Positions 19,783 to 27,505 of a stretch of DNA of 64,000 bases are shown in pieces (the first letter of the stretch is position 1; each line of letters opens with the position of its first letter). Position numbers and translations under genes: made by a program. The notes under the pieces were generated by a model. That model ran no database searches, was not told the DNA's origin, and was given only the letters and a program-made list of their open reading frames with translations. Source of the stretch: Bacteroidales bacterium. Lineage in GTDB: Bacteria; Bacteroidota; Bacteroidia; Bacteroidales; Marinilabiliaceae. The stretch is taken from the NCBI GenBank assembly GCA_015061285.1, contig SUWW01000004.1, positions 341-64,340 of the forward strand, read 5' to 3'.

Positions 19783-20268
19783 TCAGTGCGTTATGTTGTT
19801 ATCGGCAATGTCGGCCGACGCGGTTTTTGTAATGTCGGTAGCAGTCCAGTTGGCAGCGGCTGTCTTTAGTGCTGCGCCGCCATCTTGAGGTGCTACAACC
19901 CAGTTTTTGAATGCCGCTCGAAGCGTGTTCAAATCATCTTCGATGGCGTTAATCTTTTGCACAAGTGCATCAATATTTATGAGAGCTCCGTTGTCGCCGC
20001 CGTTCATAACTACCTTGCCACGACTTGCAGCAATGACGAAGCCCGTAGTAGCGCTGTCGAGCAGCACAAGGACCGTGGCACCGACTTCGGGGCGGTAGCT
20101 GATGGCCGCCGTATCGCCTACGCTAAGGTCGATGCCAAGAAGCGGTGCAGCAGTCTCGTCGAGTGGCTGTATGTCGGCTGTCGTGCCATCGGTGGCGGTG
20201 ACGGTGCCAACAACCACGGGCATCGGCTGATTGCCTACTATTGCATTTATGGCTTCGCGAATATCCAC
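19783..20268 (-). CDS. putative baseplate spike / gpV-like protein
   Basis: Size, position after a hub-like gene and an OB-like N-half (PVVVGTVTATDG..ADIQP). GTG start. Confidence 0.3.
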   Translation of the reverse strand: MDIREAINAIVGNQPMPVVVGTVTATDGTTADIQPLDETAAPLLGIDLSVGDTAAISYRPEVGATVLVLLDSATTGFVIAASRGKVVMNGGDNGALINIDALVQKINAIEDDLNTLRAAFKNWVVAPQDGGAALKTAAANWTATDITKTASADIADNNITH

Positions 20269-20320
20269 TTCTATAATTACGAATTATGAATTAAGAATTA
20301 CGAGGTTAGGCGTTCAGAAT
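20269..20320. repeat. heptamer-phased intergenic cassette
   Basis: TACGAAT TATGAAT TAAGAAT TACGAGG in phase, followed by GGCGTTCAG. Confidence 0.8.
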
Positions 20321-21292
20321 TTACAATTTACTACCTATGGTTAGCGTCTGACGAAAGCCGCTACTGCCCCATGCAATATCGTTTTTTTCTATTTGCCACG
20401 TGCCTGATTCTTCGCCATCGAGGGTGAGACGGACGGCATCGAGTTTATCTATCATCTCACCGCCGAAGACCGTCAGACTGCCACTCAGGCCGTCTTGCTT
20501 GAGTTTGGCAAGTTGCTCGTTGGCATACGTACGCATCTCGCTCTCGGTCATATTTATGACGTTGAAGGTGCGCAACTCGCCATCTTTATAGCCAACCTCA
20601 ACAGGCTTGATACTCTTGTTTTGGCGTTTACCCTTTTGTACGGTGCTGTTGTTCTTCACGCGCACAAGGAAACGCACCTCATCTGCTGGCTCGTATTTCA
20701 AATTTGCACGCGAAACTACGTTCCGGTGGTCGTCGAAATCGAATGTGCGAGCGTCCGATGGGCTCATGGCAAGACCGGCATAAAGTTTCGGTTCTGAGCC
20801 TGCACCTATGCGCATCATTGTTCGTATGCCTTGCTTCTTCAGCGCGTCGAGGAGTTCGCTCACTGTGTTGCACTCCACGCGATATGCACCAATGCTCTGC
20901 GTACCTTTTATTTCGGCATTGAGACCTTGGTCGGCAAGCAACTGGTTGAGTGTGGTCGATGTGTAGGCCTTTTTCTTGGCTTCGCGCGTCTGAAACGCAC
21001 ACATGGGGTCTTGCGCTTCAATCTGCATTGGCGTATTAGGCAGCACGCGGCGTACGTAGCCTACAAACGCAAGGTGGTTGCGGCCATCGTAGCCAAGCGA
21101 AATACGTATGGTGTCGCCACGGCGTATGGGATTCCTCTCAACATTGCGCCATCGAATGCGGCGTGGCAACGTCACGGTGGCGGTGTCGCAGAGCGTATCG
21201 GAGTGTTTTTGTATATTTACGCTCTCGGCATGGTCGAACCTTATGACGCCTTCTGTCGTAGAAATCTCTATATCGCACGTTAATCGGTACAT
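20321..21292 (-). CDS. putative tail/baseplate hub protein (gpD / late-control-D-like)
   Basis: N-terminal pattern RRGDTIRISLGYDGRNHLAFVGYV typical of gpD/XkdQ-type hub proteins. 323 aa. Confidence 0.4.
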   Translation of the reverse strand: MYRLTCDIEISTTEGVIRFDHAESVNIQKHSDTLCDTATVTLPRRIRWRNVERNPIRRGDTIRISLGYDGRNHLAFVGYVRRVLPNTPMQIEAQDPMCAFQTREAKKKAYTSTTLNQLLADQGLNAEIKGTQSIGAYRVECNTVSELLDALKKQGIRTMMRIGAGSEPKLYAGLAMSPSDARTFDFDDHRNVVSRANLKYEPADEVRFLVRVKNNSTVQKGKRQNKSIKPVEVGYKDGELRTFNVINMTESEMRTYANEQLAKLKQDGLSGSLTVFGGEMIDKLDAVRLTLDGEESGTWQIEKNDIAWGSSGFRQTLTIGSKL

Positions 21293-21295
21293 GTT

Positions 21296-21628
21296 ATGAA
21301 ACGCATTCTATTTATACTTATAGTCATTAGTGCACTTTGCTGCTCGATGAGGTCGGACGACTGCATATCCAAAGACGGATATTTTCGTGGGAAAAGGCTG
21401 TGCGGAAGGGTGAAGATTGTAGACAGTTTGGCCGACTTCAAAGTAAAAGTGGTTGGTAGTCTTGCCGACCTCCATGTGCGCGTCGTAGATGGCATTGCCA
21501 ATGACCCTGGTGAATGGCGGTTTGTGGAGAGCGGACAAGATTTTTCGGTATGTTTTGTCGAGAGTGGCGAAGACTTTACAATTCGATATGTGGAGAGCTT
21601 GCCTGGTGTCAATCGTCCATGCCGTTAA
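21296..21628 (+). CDS. small secreted lipoprotein with SLAD-x-[KH]V / ES-G-x-DF repeats, antisense to the tail operon
   Basis: Signal peptide MKRILFILIVISALCCS. Four short beta-hairpin-like repeats (SLADFKVKVV, SLADLHVRVV, SGQDFSVCFV, SGEDFTIRYV). Fills the gap between two minus-strand genes. Confidence 0.5.
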   Translation: MKRILFILIVISALCCSMRSDDCISKDGYFRGKRLCGRVKIVDSLADFKVKVVGSLADLHVRVVDGIANDPGEWRFVESGQDFSVCFVESGEDFTIRYVESLPGVNRPCR

Positions 21629-22242
21629 ATGGTTTGCACGACCTCTACTTCGTAGTCGTCATCACTCTTTAGTGTCATCACCACCTCCTGAGTATTTCCA
21701 TACGTAGCTTGATCAATTTCCATTTTTTCCACCACTACACGGTCTATGTCGAAGATGCGCAAGAATGCACTATCGATGTAGACTGCGCTGTTTTCACGGG
21801 CGAGTTCCGAGAGTTGTCGCATGGCATCGGCTGGGTACTCGTCCTCGGTATTTATGAGCGAAAACGTAACCTCAATTTCGTAGTCCTGAGCCGAAATCAT
21901 TTCCTTGACAGTCCCGTCGCGTCCAGCGATAGCTGTGGATACGATATTCTTTGCCATCGTCACTTTGCACACGGCGCTTGTTATAAGCACATCGTCGGCC
22001 GTCTCGGTGAGGCCAAGCGAGAGGTCGGTGTTGTAATACCTACCTAAGTAGCTATCGCGTGGCACAACGCCAACAGAACCATCGGCAGCGGTTTGAACGT
22101 CGCGCGCTTGACTATCGGTTTGCAGCGTATGCGTCTGCACAAGCCGCCCTTTGAAGTGGCTCGCTGCGCCCGTTGTCACCAAGCGAAGGCTCTGTCGCGT
22201 CTGTGGCAAATGCGGCAGGTTGGTTTGAATGTAGGCTTCCAC
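21625..22242 (-). CDS. hypothetical tail-module protein
   Basis: 205-aa ORF between the tube-like and hub-like genes. GTG start. Confidence 0.45.
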   Translation of the reverse strand: MEAYIQTNLPHLPQTRQSLRLVTTGAASHFKGRLVQTHTLQTDSQARDVQTAADGSVGVVPRDSYLGRYYNTDLSLGLTETADDVLITSAVCKVTMAKNIVSTAIAGRDGTVKEMISAQDYEIEVTFSLINTEDEYPADAMRQLSELARENSAVYIDSAFLRIFDIDRVVVEKMEIDQATYGNTQEVVMTLKSDDDYEVEVVQTI

Positions 22243-22349
22243 CCTATAACTAATAATTAAGAGGTAAGAAGTAAAAGAGCCGTGCGGCAGCTATATACAC
22301 TACGCTATACGCTTTACTCTTTTACTTTTTACTTTTCCATTTTTACTTA
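22243..22349. repeat. heptamer-phased intergenic cassette with central core
   Basis: TAATAAT TAAGAGG TAAGAAG TAAAAGA, then a core, then TTTACTT TTTACTT TTCCATT TTTACTT. AAGTAAAAGAG/CTCTTTTACTT are complementary. Confidence 0.8.
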
Positions 22350-22781
22350 TTATAGTTTTCCCCACTCTATGCGCGAGCAGACGAGCGGAATGTCCACCTC
22401 TTTGCTTGTGTCGCCTTCGCTCCAGTCTATCTCCACTTCGGAGAACTGGCAGTCGTGTATCACGTCGTGGACTATTTTGCCGCTTTCGTCTGGTATGTAG
22501 CTTACTTGTATGTCGAACACGCCAAGGTCTTGCAAACGTCCCGTGGTAGATGAACTGGCAAGCGAGCGCACTTCGTCGAGAAGCAGTTTGAGCGAAGCCT
22601 CACACGTGATGCGTCCTTTGCCGCGACCAACGGGATAGCGACCAGCGCCGTAAATATTGACAACATCTTGCTTGTCGGAGTATTTCACCCCGCGTATGCC
22701 CGTCATTGGAGCACCACCTACGAGCACCGTAATATCGGCCCACTCATATAAGTTGCCGTTGATTAGTGGAATTATGTTCAT
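22350..22781 (-). CDS. putative tail tube protein
   Basis: 143 aa, immediately after the sheath-like gene, beta-rich. Confidence 0.4.
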   Translation of the reverse strand: MNIIPLINGNLYEWADITVLVGGAPMTGIRGVKYSDKQDVVNIYGAGRYPVGRGKGRITCEASLKLLLDEVRSLASSSTTGRLQDLGVFDIQVSYIPDESGKIVHDVIHDCQFSEVEIDWSEGDTSKEVDIPLVCSRIEWGKL

Positions 22782-22884
22782 GGTAATTAAGAATTAACAA
22801 TTAAGAAGTAGAAATTATAAGAGCATGGCTTACGGCGGACGCGGCACGCCACGGCTCTCTTACTTTTTACTTTTTCATTTTTAC
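22782..22884. repeat. heptamer-phased cassette with GC-rich core; copy 1 of a repeat pair
   Basis: 22813-22863 is the exact reverse complement of 32252-32302 (51 nt). Flanks are AAGAATT/ACTTTTT heptamers. Confidence 0.9.
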
Positions 22885-23988
22885 TCAATCTTCCGTTGCT
22901 TTCACGAAGCCGATATTCACTACTGCTTTGCGCATGATGCCCACTGGCACGGCATGAATGGTGAACTCCACCGTGCTGGTGCCAAGAACGTCTTGTGCGG
23001 GATCTATCTGAACTTCCCAGCCACTCACCTCGCCAGCCTTCTCCATATCTTCCACAGCCTTTTGAGCTACCGTCTTGAGGTGCTGCAGTGTGTCGGCGCG
23101 GAGAGTGCCGTCGTTGTTGTAATAGATGGGGCGACCGAGTTCTGGCAATAAGTATGTACGCGTGCCGCGCACTGCCTTATCCATGGTGCGTTGTAGCTCA
23201 ATGGTGCAGTAGTCGCTCTGTGCGCTGTCCATATTATGGCTATCGCTGAAGTATACGCCCGACAGTCCTGGATAGGTACGTAGGTATATATAACGAGCTT
23301 CGTCGAGAGATTCGAGGATAACCTTGTAGACATCGGCGTAGGCTTGACCATCGGAGAAGTAGGGTTTGGTGAGCCCCGTTTCGCAGCGCTCCACCCATGC
23401 TATGCTTTCGTTGACGGCACGAGCCGAGAGGATGCCGATGAGTGTACCAATAGCAGGTGCAGAGACTTCGGAATCTCGACTGATGAGTACAGAGACGTTA
23501 GGCGCACTACCGGCGATGTCGGTGGGCAGAGCGTCGATGTCGGTAACCTTAGGTGCGATGACGATGGAGAGTGGCATCCACGCCTCGTCGAGGGCAGAGG
23601 CTTGAGCCTGAAGTGCAGTAATGGTGGCACGGGTTATCTCGACAGTGGTGTCGAGTATACCTATCTGACGGAGGTTGCCAGAGGCAGCACGTTGAAAGTC
23701 GCCCACGGCATGCATGTCGGCAGTGCGGACGGCAAAGCCAACCCAGAGCGATAGTCCAGGGTTGAGGCGTAGGGCTTCATGGACGTGGTAGCCATAGGTA
23801 TCGGAGGCGGCAAGGCCGAGCGCTTCGGCTGTCTTGGTAGACGAGCATGGCTGAAATGGGTTGGATTCGAATTCGTCGGGTATGTCGGACGCTTCGCTGA
23901 CGAGGAAGAGCAAACCACTTATGTGGTCCTGCCCTGCAAGGCTCTTGGCAATGTTGCCGTTTTCGCGGTTGATTACGAGTGTTTGCAT
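22885..23988 (-). CDS. putative contractile tail sheath protein
   Basis: 367 aa, precedes the tube-like gene. Resembles my recollection of DUF2586-type sheath proteins. Confidence 0.4.
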   Translation of the reverse strand: MQTLVINRENGNIAKSLAGQDHISGLLFLVSEASDIPDEFESNPFQPCSSTKTAEALGLAASDTYGYHVHEALRLNPGLSLWVGFAVRTADMHAVGDFQRAASGNLRQIGILDTTVEITRATITALQAQASALDEAWMPLSIVIAPKVTDIDALPTDIAGSAPNVSVLISRDSEVSAPAIGTLIGILSARAVNESIAWVERCETGLTKPYFSDGQAYADVYKVILESLDEARYIYLRTYPGLSGVYFSDSHNMDSAQSDYCTIELQRTMDKAVRGTRTYLLPELGRPIYYNNDGTLRADTLQHLKTVAQKAVEDMEKAGEVSGWEVQIDPAQDVLGTSTVEFTIHAVPVGIMRKAVVNIGFVKATED

Positions 23989-24106
23989 TTCTATAGTTAT
24001 GAGTTAAGAATTAAGAGTTACGAGACGTAGCGTACGGAGAAGGCGTTCAGACGGATTTCAAATCCGCTATTCCCTCGTCGGGGATTACAAATTCCCTACA
24101 ACAGAA
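23989..24106. repeat. heptamer-phased cassette with palindrome motif
   Basis: AGTTATG AGTTAAG AATTAAG AGTTACG in phase, then GGCGTTCAG-ACGGATTTCAAATCCGC at 24042-24067. Confidence 0.8.
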
Positions 24107-24598
24107 CTAATACTCAGGAATGTACTCTTCAAATATGTAGTATGCATTATTGCTGGCGGTGTCTTTGTACATATATGGTACTGTGCATCTGATAGTCTTC
24201 TGACCACCTGAGCAATCGAGGCGAATGAAGGACGCCTTCTCAAAAGGTCTACCTGATACCTGGTTTGCGTTATACCCAAAACGGTTATAGACGCCGTCTT
24301 CGGTTTCTACTCGCGATGCCCAAGTTGTTCGCACGCTTGAAACCGAAGGGAAGTAAATATCAACGTTATAGATGTTGTACATACTACTATAAGATGACGT
24401 CATTGAAATAGGTATGTATACATAAACCATATCCGTAGAGTTCATCTCTCGCGCCTGTGCCTTGAGATATGTTACCCCTTCACTTTCCGGTTCCGCCTCT
24501 TCCAGCGCCGTCGCACGTCCTTCCAAACCATCGAGGAGGTCGGAAAGGTGCTTTAGCTTGGTGCCTAAGTAGTAGCCTATATCATACGTAGTGCTCAT
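24107..24598 (-). CDS. hypothetical protein (possible distal fibre / receptor-binding part)
   Basis: 163-aa ORF after a fibre-like gene. Coiled-coil N-terminus, then beta-rich. Confidence 0.4.
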   Translation of the reverse strand: MSTTYDIGYYLGTKLKHLSDLLDGLEGRATALEEAEPESEGVTYLKAQAREMNSTDMVYVYIPISMTSSYSSMYNIYNVDIYFPSVSSVRTTWASRVETEDGVYNRFGYNANQVSGRPFEKASFIRLDCSGGQKTIRCTVPYMYKDTASNNAYYIFEEYIPEY

Positions 24599-24601
24599 TG
24601 G

Positions 24602-24712
24602 CTATTTTTCGCCTTCGAGGGCTGCTATGCGTGCATTCAGAGCCTCTATACGAGTGTTGAATTCGGCTATCACCGTAGCCAAGTATTGCGCCATCTGTTC
24701 AAGTGTATTCAT
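24602..24712 (-). CDS. 36-aa coiled-coil ORF (below the track cutoff)
   Basis: MNTLEQMAQYLATVIAEFNTRIEALNARIAALEGEK. Fills the gap between two fibre-module genes. Confidence 0.3.
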   Translation of the reverse strand: MNTLEQMAQYLATVIAEFNTRIEALNARIAALEGEK

Positions 24713-24723
24713 AGGTATTAGGC

Positions 24724-25200
24724 TTAGCTGTTGCTATTACTGTTACTACCGTATGCCGTCTCGAATGCAGAAACGAACTCTGCGTATGTGCCCAAACCAT
24801 CGAGCTTCGTTTTATCCTCGGCGGACATGAAGCCAGCGGTCGATTGCGTAGCGTTGCTGTGGGTGTGGTTGCCCGTAGCTGCCTGAAGTGCAGCAATAAG
24901 GTCGCCGTTGTCCTCTATGGCATCGGCAAGTTCCTTCAAGGTGTCCATTGCCGCTGGTGCACCATCGATAAGATCGGATATGGCTTGGTTGATGGCGGCG
25001 TATACCACGCCTTGGCCTGTGCCATTCGTCTCGGTGCCCATGCCGTTGGACGCAGAGCTATTGGTAGCATCTTGAATGCAAGTCTTGATGATAGCCTTGA
25101 GGTCGGCGTTGGAAATGGTAATCAGCCCATCTGCATAGTCTTTGATGCCTTGAAGCCTCCCGGCAATGTAGGTGCCGAGTTGTGTCATTAATGTGCTCAT
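24724..25200 (-). CDS. tail-fibre-like protein
   Basis: DGAPAAMDTLKELADAIEDNGD and HTHSNATQSTAGFMSAEDKTKLD motifs common in phage tail fibres. Confidence 0.55.
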   Translation of the reverse strand: MSTLMTQLGTYIAGRLQGIKDYADGLITISNADLKAIIKTCIQDATNSSASNGMGTETNGTGQGVVYAAINQAISDLIDGAPAAMDTLKELADAIEDNGDLIAALQAATGNHTHSNATQSTAGFMSAEDKTKLDGLGTYAEFVSAFETAYGSNSNSNS

Positions 25201-25298
25201 TTCTATAGTTACGAGTTATGAGTTAAGAGTTACGAGTTGAAAGTTCAGAGTTGAAAGTTCAGAGTTTAGAGTAATTGTCAATTTTCAATTCTCAATTG
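25201..25298. repeat. heptamer-phased intergenic cassette (14 consecutive phased units)
   Basis: AGTTACG AGTTATG AGTTAAG AGTTACG AGTTGAA AGTTCAG AGTTGAA AGTTCAG AGTTTAG AGTAATT GTCAATT TTCAATT CTCAATT GTCAATT. Confidence 0.9.
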
Positions 25299-25610
25299 TC
25301 AATTGTTTGTCGAGACATCCAGCATCTCGTTGCGCACAGGGCAGTCGCCAGCATGCGGGCATTCCTGAGCCTTCTGAATCACCTTAGTCAGCTGGCGCAC
25401 TGTGGTTCGAAGACCGTTTATCTCGCGTTTGAGCGGCTTTACGATATACTCTTCGTTGGTGCGCAAGATGCTGTCGGCATTTGTGGCTTTTATCTCTTGT
25501 AGTTCCTCTTCGGCTTTGCGCTTGGTTGTGCGCAATGTGAACAGTGAAGCTATCAGCCCCGACGAGAGCACCGCTTCACCAATGGTCCGTATTATATCGA
25601 TTGTGTCCAC
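25299..25610 (-). CDS. N-terminal TM plus coiled-coil protein
   Basis: TM segment AVLSSGLIASLF followed by a heptad-rich helix. GTG start. Same architecture as 36805-37170. Confidence 0.5.
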   Translation of the reverse strand: MDTIDIIRTIGEAVLSSGLIASLFTLRTTKRKAEEELQEIKATNADSILRTNEEYIVKPLKREINGLRTTVRQLTKVIQKAQECPHAGDCPVRNEMLDVSTNN

Positions 25611-25693
25611 TTCTTTAGTTACGAGTTATGAGTTACGAATTACGAGCGTCTATAATTACGAGTTATGCATTGTGCATTGTCAATTATCAACTA
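25611..25693. repeat. heptamer-phased intergenic cassette
   Basis: AGTTACG AGTTATG AGTTACG AATTACG ... TGCATTG TGCATTG TCAATTA TCAACTA TCAATTG. Confidence 0.85.
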
Positions 25694-26494
25694 TCAATTG
25701 TCCGCAAATGCTACCACGCCTTCGTTGTCGACGTTGATGCGAGAGCCACCAGCGCGCACGAGAGCCGAAACAACTTCGCCATAGTATAGCGGGTTGCGTT
25801 CGTCCACAAAGAGTTCGTCTCCACCAATGGCGTGGCTTACGCAGTCTTGTTGCCAAGCCATAGCATACACATTCGGATAAGTCTCCGAGATGGTTTGGCG
25901 TATGTATACGTCGAAGCCAAAGAGATTAGTAGCAGCACCAGGCACACTTGGCGGTGGCAGCACCACGCTTATTGGCTTACTGGTGATGGTGTCGAGTATC
26001 TCTATCCATCGACTTGGCTTCACGAGCAAGCAACGTCCAGTGCGCGGTAGGCGCTTTTGACTGAAGTAGGTGTCGGTAGCCACAAGAAGGTTGTCGGCCA
26101 TGCTGGCACCTGTAATCACGTTTGTTTGGCAACCGCCAAGCCAACGCGACACTATCTCTTCGGTGATGGCATCCTCGAGTCTGTCGCGCATCTGCGATAT
26201 AGTAGCAGCACGCGCGTTGGCGTTTTGCTCTATGCGGTCGCGGAAGGGAATAAGTATAGGCGATGTGGAAAACTCGCTGACAGGATAATGCACATCGATG
26301 TCGTCGCGACTGCCTGGCGTGGCAGGGAACGTGGCGCGGTCTTTAGCCACCTGCACCTCGCCCATAGCGCAGGGCACATGCACCTGACGCCCATCGATAA
26401 ACGCCGAATGGTCGAGCGAACGACGTATGAAGCTATTATTGTTGCGTAGCGGAGCAATTATCTCACTAAGCCATAGTTCTTTGTTTAGTGCCAC
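25694..26494 (-). CDS. putative major capsid protein, paralogue 1 (intact)
   Basis: 266 aa in the head module downstream of the protease-scaffold gene. Clear paralogue of 27506-28385. GTG start. Capsid assignment is positional. Confidence 0.4.
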   Translation of the reverse strand: MALNKELWLSEIIAPLRNNNSFIRRSLDHSAFIDGRQVHVPCAMGEVQVAKDRATFPATPGSRDDIDVHYPVSEFSTSPILIPFRDRIEQNANARAATISQMRDRLEDAITEEIVSRWLGGCQTNVITGASMADNLLVATDTYFSQKRLPRTGRCLLVKPSRWIEILDTITSKPISVVLPPPSVPGAATNLFGFDVYIRQTISETYPNVYAMAWQQDCVSHAIGGDELFVDERNPLYYGEVVSALVRAGGSRINVDNEGVVAFADN

Positions 26495-26593
26495 TTTGTT
26501 TAGTTACGAGTTTAGTGTTGAAAGTTTAGAGTTGAGAGTTGAAAGTTTAGAGTTTAGAGTATTTTTCAATTCTCAATTCTCAATTGTCAATTG
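26495..26593. repeat. heptamer-phased intergenic cassette
   Basis: GTGTTGA AAGTTTA GAGTTGA GAGTTGA AAGTTTA GAGTTTA GAGTATT TTTCAAT TCTCAAT TCTCAAT TGTCAAT TGTCAAT. Confidence 0.9.
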
Positions 26594-26740
26594 TCAATTC
26601 CCCTTCGCCCATTTATCAATCGTTGAGTATAGGCGGAAATTGCTTTCGCCCACTGTCGATAGCATGTCGCCTACGAAGGTTAGAAGTAAGCCGCCCACCC
26701 CTAAGGTTGCGGCGGCTATGAAGCGAACGACACCTCTCAT
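26594..26740 (-). CDS. 48-aa single-TM protein (holin/antiholin candidate)
   Basis: MRGVVRFIAAATLGVGGLLLTFVGDML... ATGA start/stop overlap with the upstream small ORF. Below the track cutoff. Confidence 0.35.
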   Translation of the reverse strand: MRGVVRFIAAATLGVGGLLLTFVGDMLSTVGESNFRLYSTIDKWAKGN

Positions 26741-26898
26741 TGTTTCTCGGTGTCGGTCTGTTCGGTCTTCTTGGTGTCGTCGGTGTAGAATTTTTGCATT
26801 CCTTCACCTACAGCACCAATCCAAGAACCGATGTTGGCTACCACGAAACCAATGAGGTCGCGCAGTATGAGTCTTAGAACGAATTTCATTACAGACAT
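26737..26898 (-). CDS. 53-aa membrane protein (holin candidate)
   Basis: MSVMKFVLRLILRDLIGFVVANIGSWIGAV... followed by a charged tail. Downstream of the amidase gene. Below the track cutoff. Confidence 0.35.
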   Translation of the reverse strand: MSVMKFVLRLILRDLIGFVVANIGSWIGAVGEGMQKFYTDDTKKTEQTDTEKQ

Positions 26899-27039
26899 CT
26901 TTATAATTATGAATTAAGAGTTACGAGTTGAAAGTTCAGAGTTGAAAGTTCAGAGTTGAAAGTTCAGAGTTGAAAGTTCAGAGTTGAGTGTAGTTAGATA
27001 TAGTATCGACACTACTCTTTACACTCTACTCACTACTCT
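26899..27039. repeat. heptamer-phased intergenic cassette containing a 14-mer tandem array
   Basis: AATTATG AATTAAG AGTTACG, then (GAGTTGAAAGTTCA)x4.5, then CACTACT CTTTACA CTCTACT CACTACT CTTTACT. Confidence 0.9.
26925..26988. repeat. tandem repeat, 14-bp unit GAGTTGAAAGTTCA x4 plus a partial copy
   Basis: Perfect copies at 26925, 26939, 26953 and 26967, with a partial copy at 26981-26988. Confidence 0.95.
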
Positions 27040-27447
27040 TTACTCCATTGTCAATTCTTTCACGTCGAAGCACGGGCAAGCTTTGTTGGCAAACTCGCTA
27101 TGTCCATGCACAGTGGCTCGAGGGAACTGAGTATGCAGTTCGCGCAAGAGGTTGCGCATAGCCACCTTTTGTGCCTCGGTGCGAGTGTCTTTAGGCGTCT
27201 TTCCATTAGAGGCCAAGCCGCCGACGTAGGCCACACCTATTGAATTGGCGTTGTGACCCGTGCAGTGTGCGCCCGCTATGGTAAGCGGACGACCTATGCT
27301 AACCGAGCCGTCAGGGTGTATGATGTAATGGTAGCCTACGTCGGAAAACCCACGTTTGCGGTGCCAACGGCGAAAGGTCTCGATAGAGAAATCGCGGCCC
27401 TCGCGCGTGGCTGTGCAGTGGATTATTATTTCGGTAATTGGTCTCAT
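27040..27447 (-). CDS. N-acetylmuramoyl-L-alanine amidase (Amidase_2/PGRP-type endolysin)
   Basis: IIHCTAT, GYHYIIHPDG, GAHCTGHNANSIGVAYVGG, HSEFANKACPCFD motifs. Confidence 0.85.
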   Translation of the reverse strand: MRPITEIIIHCTATREGRDFSIETFRRWHRKRGFSDVGYHYIIHPDGSVSIGRPLTIAGAHCTGHNANSIGVAYVGGLASNGKTPKDTRTEAQKVAMRNLLRELHTQFPRATVHGHSEFANKACPCFDVKELTME

Positions 27448-27505
27448 TGAAAAGAAAGTGTATAATGTGTATGATTTAAGTGTGAGCTAAATCAACAGTC
27501 ACAGT

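Noticed and set aside
21280-21612. A 110-aa minus-strand ORF in the gap between tail genes.
   Set aside because: It is low-complexity (Ser/Thr/Pro/Lys) and overlaps the hub-like gene start. The plus-strand ORF has a lipoprotein signal and an internal repeat structure.
26616-26807. A 63-aa Arg/Pro-rich ORF listed in the track.
   Set aside because: An alternative frame on the same strand gives two ATGA-coupled small TM proteins, which make more biological sense next to an endolysin.
26925-26988. Possible CRISPR array or coding repeat.
   Set aside because: The units are contiguous 14-mers with no spacers, and the array is only 64 bp. It is an extension of the heptamer-phased spacers.
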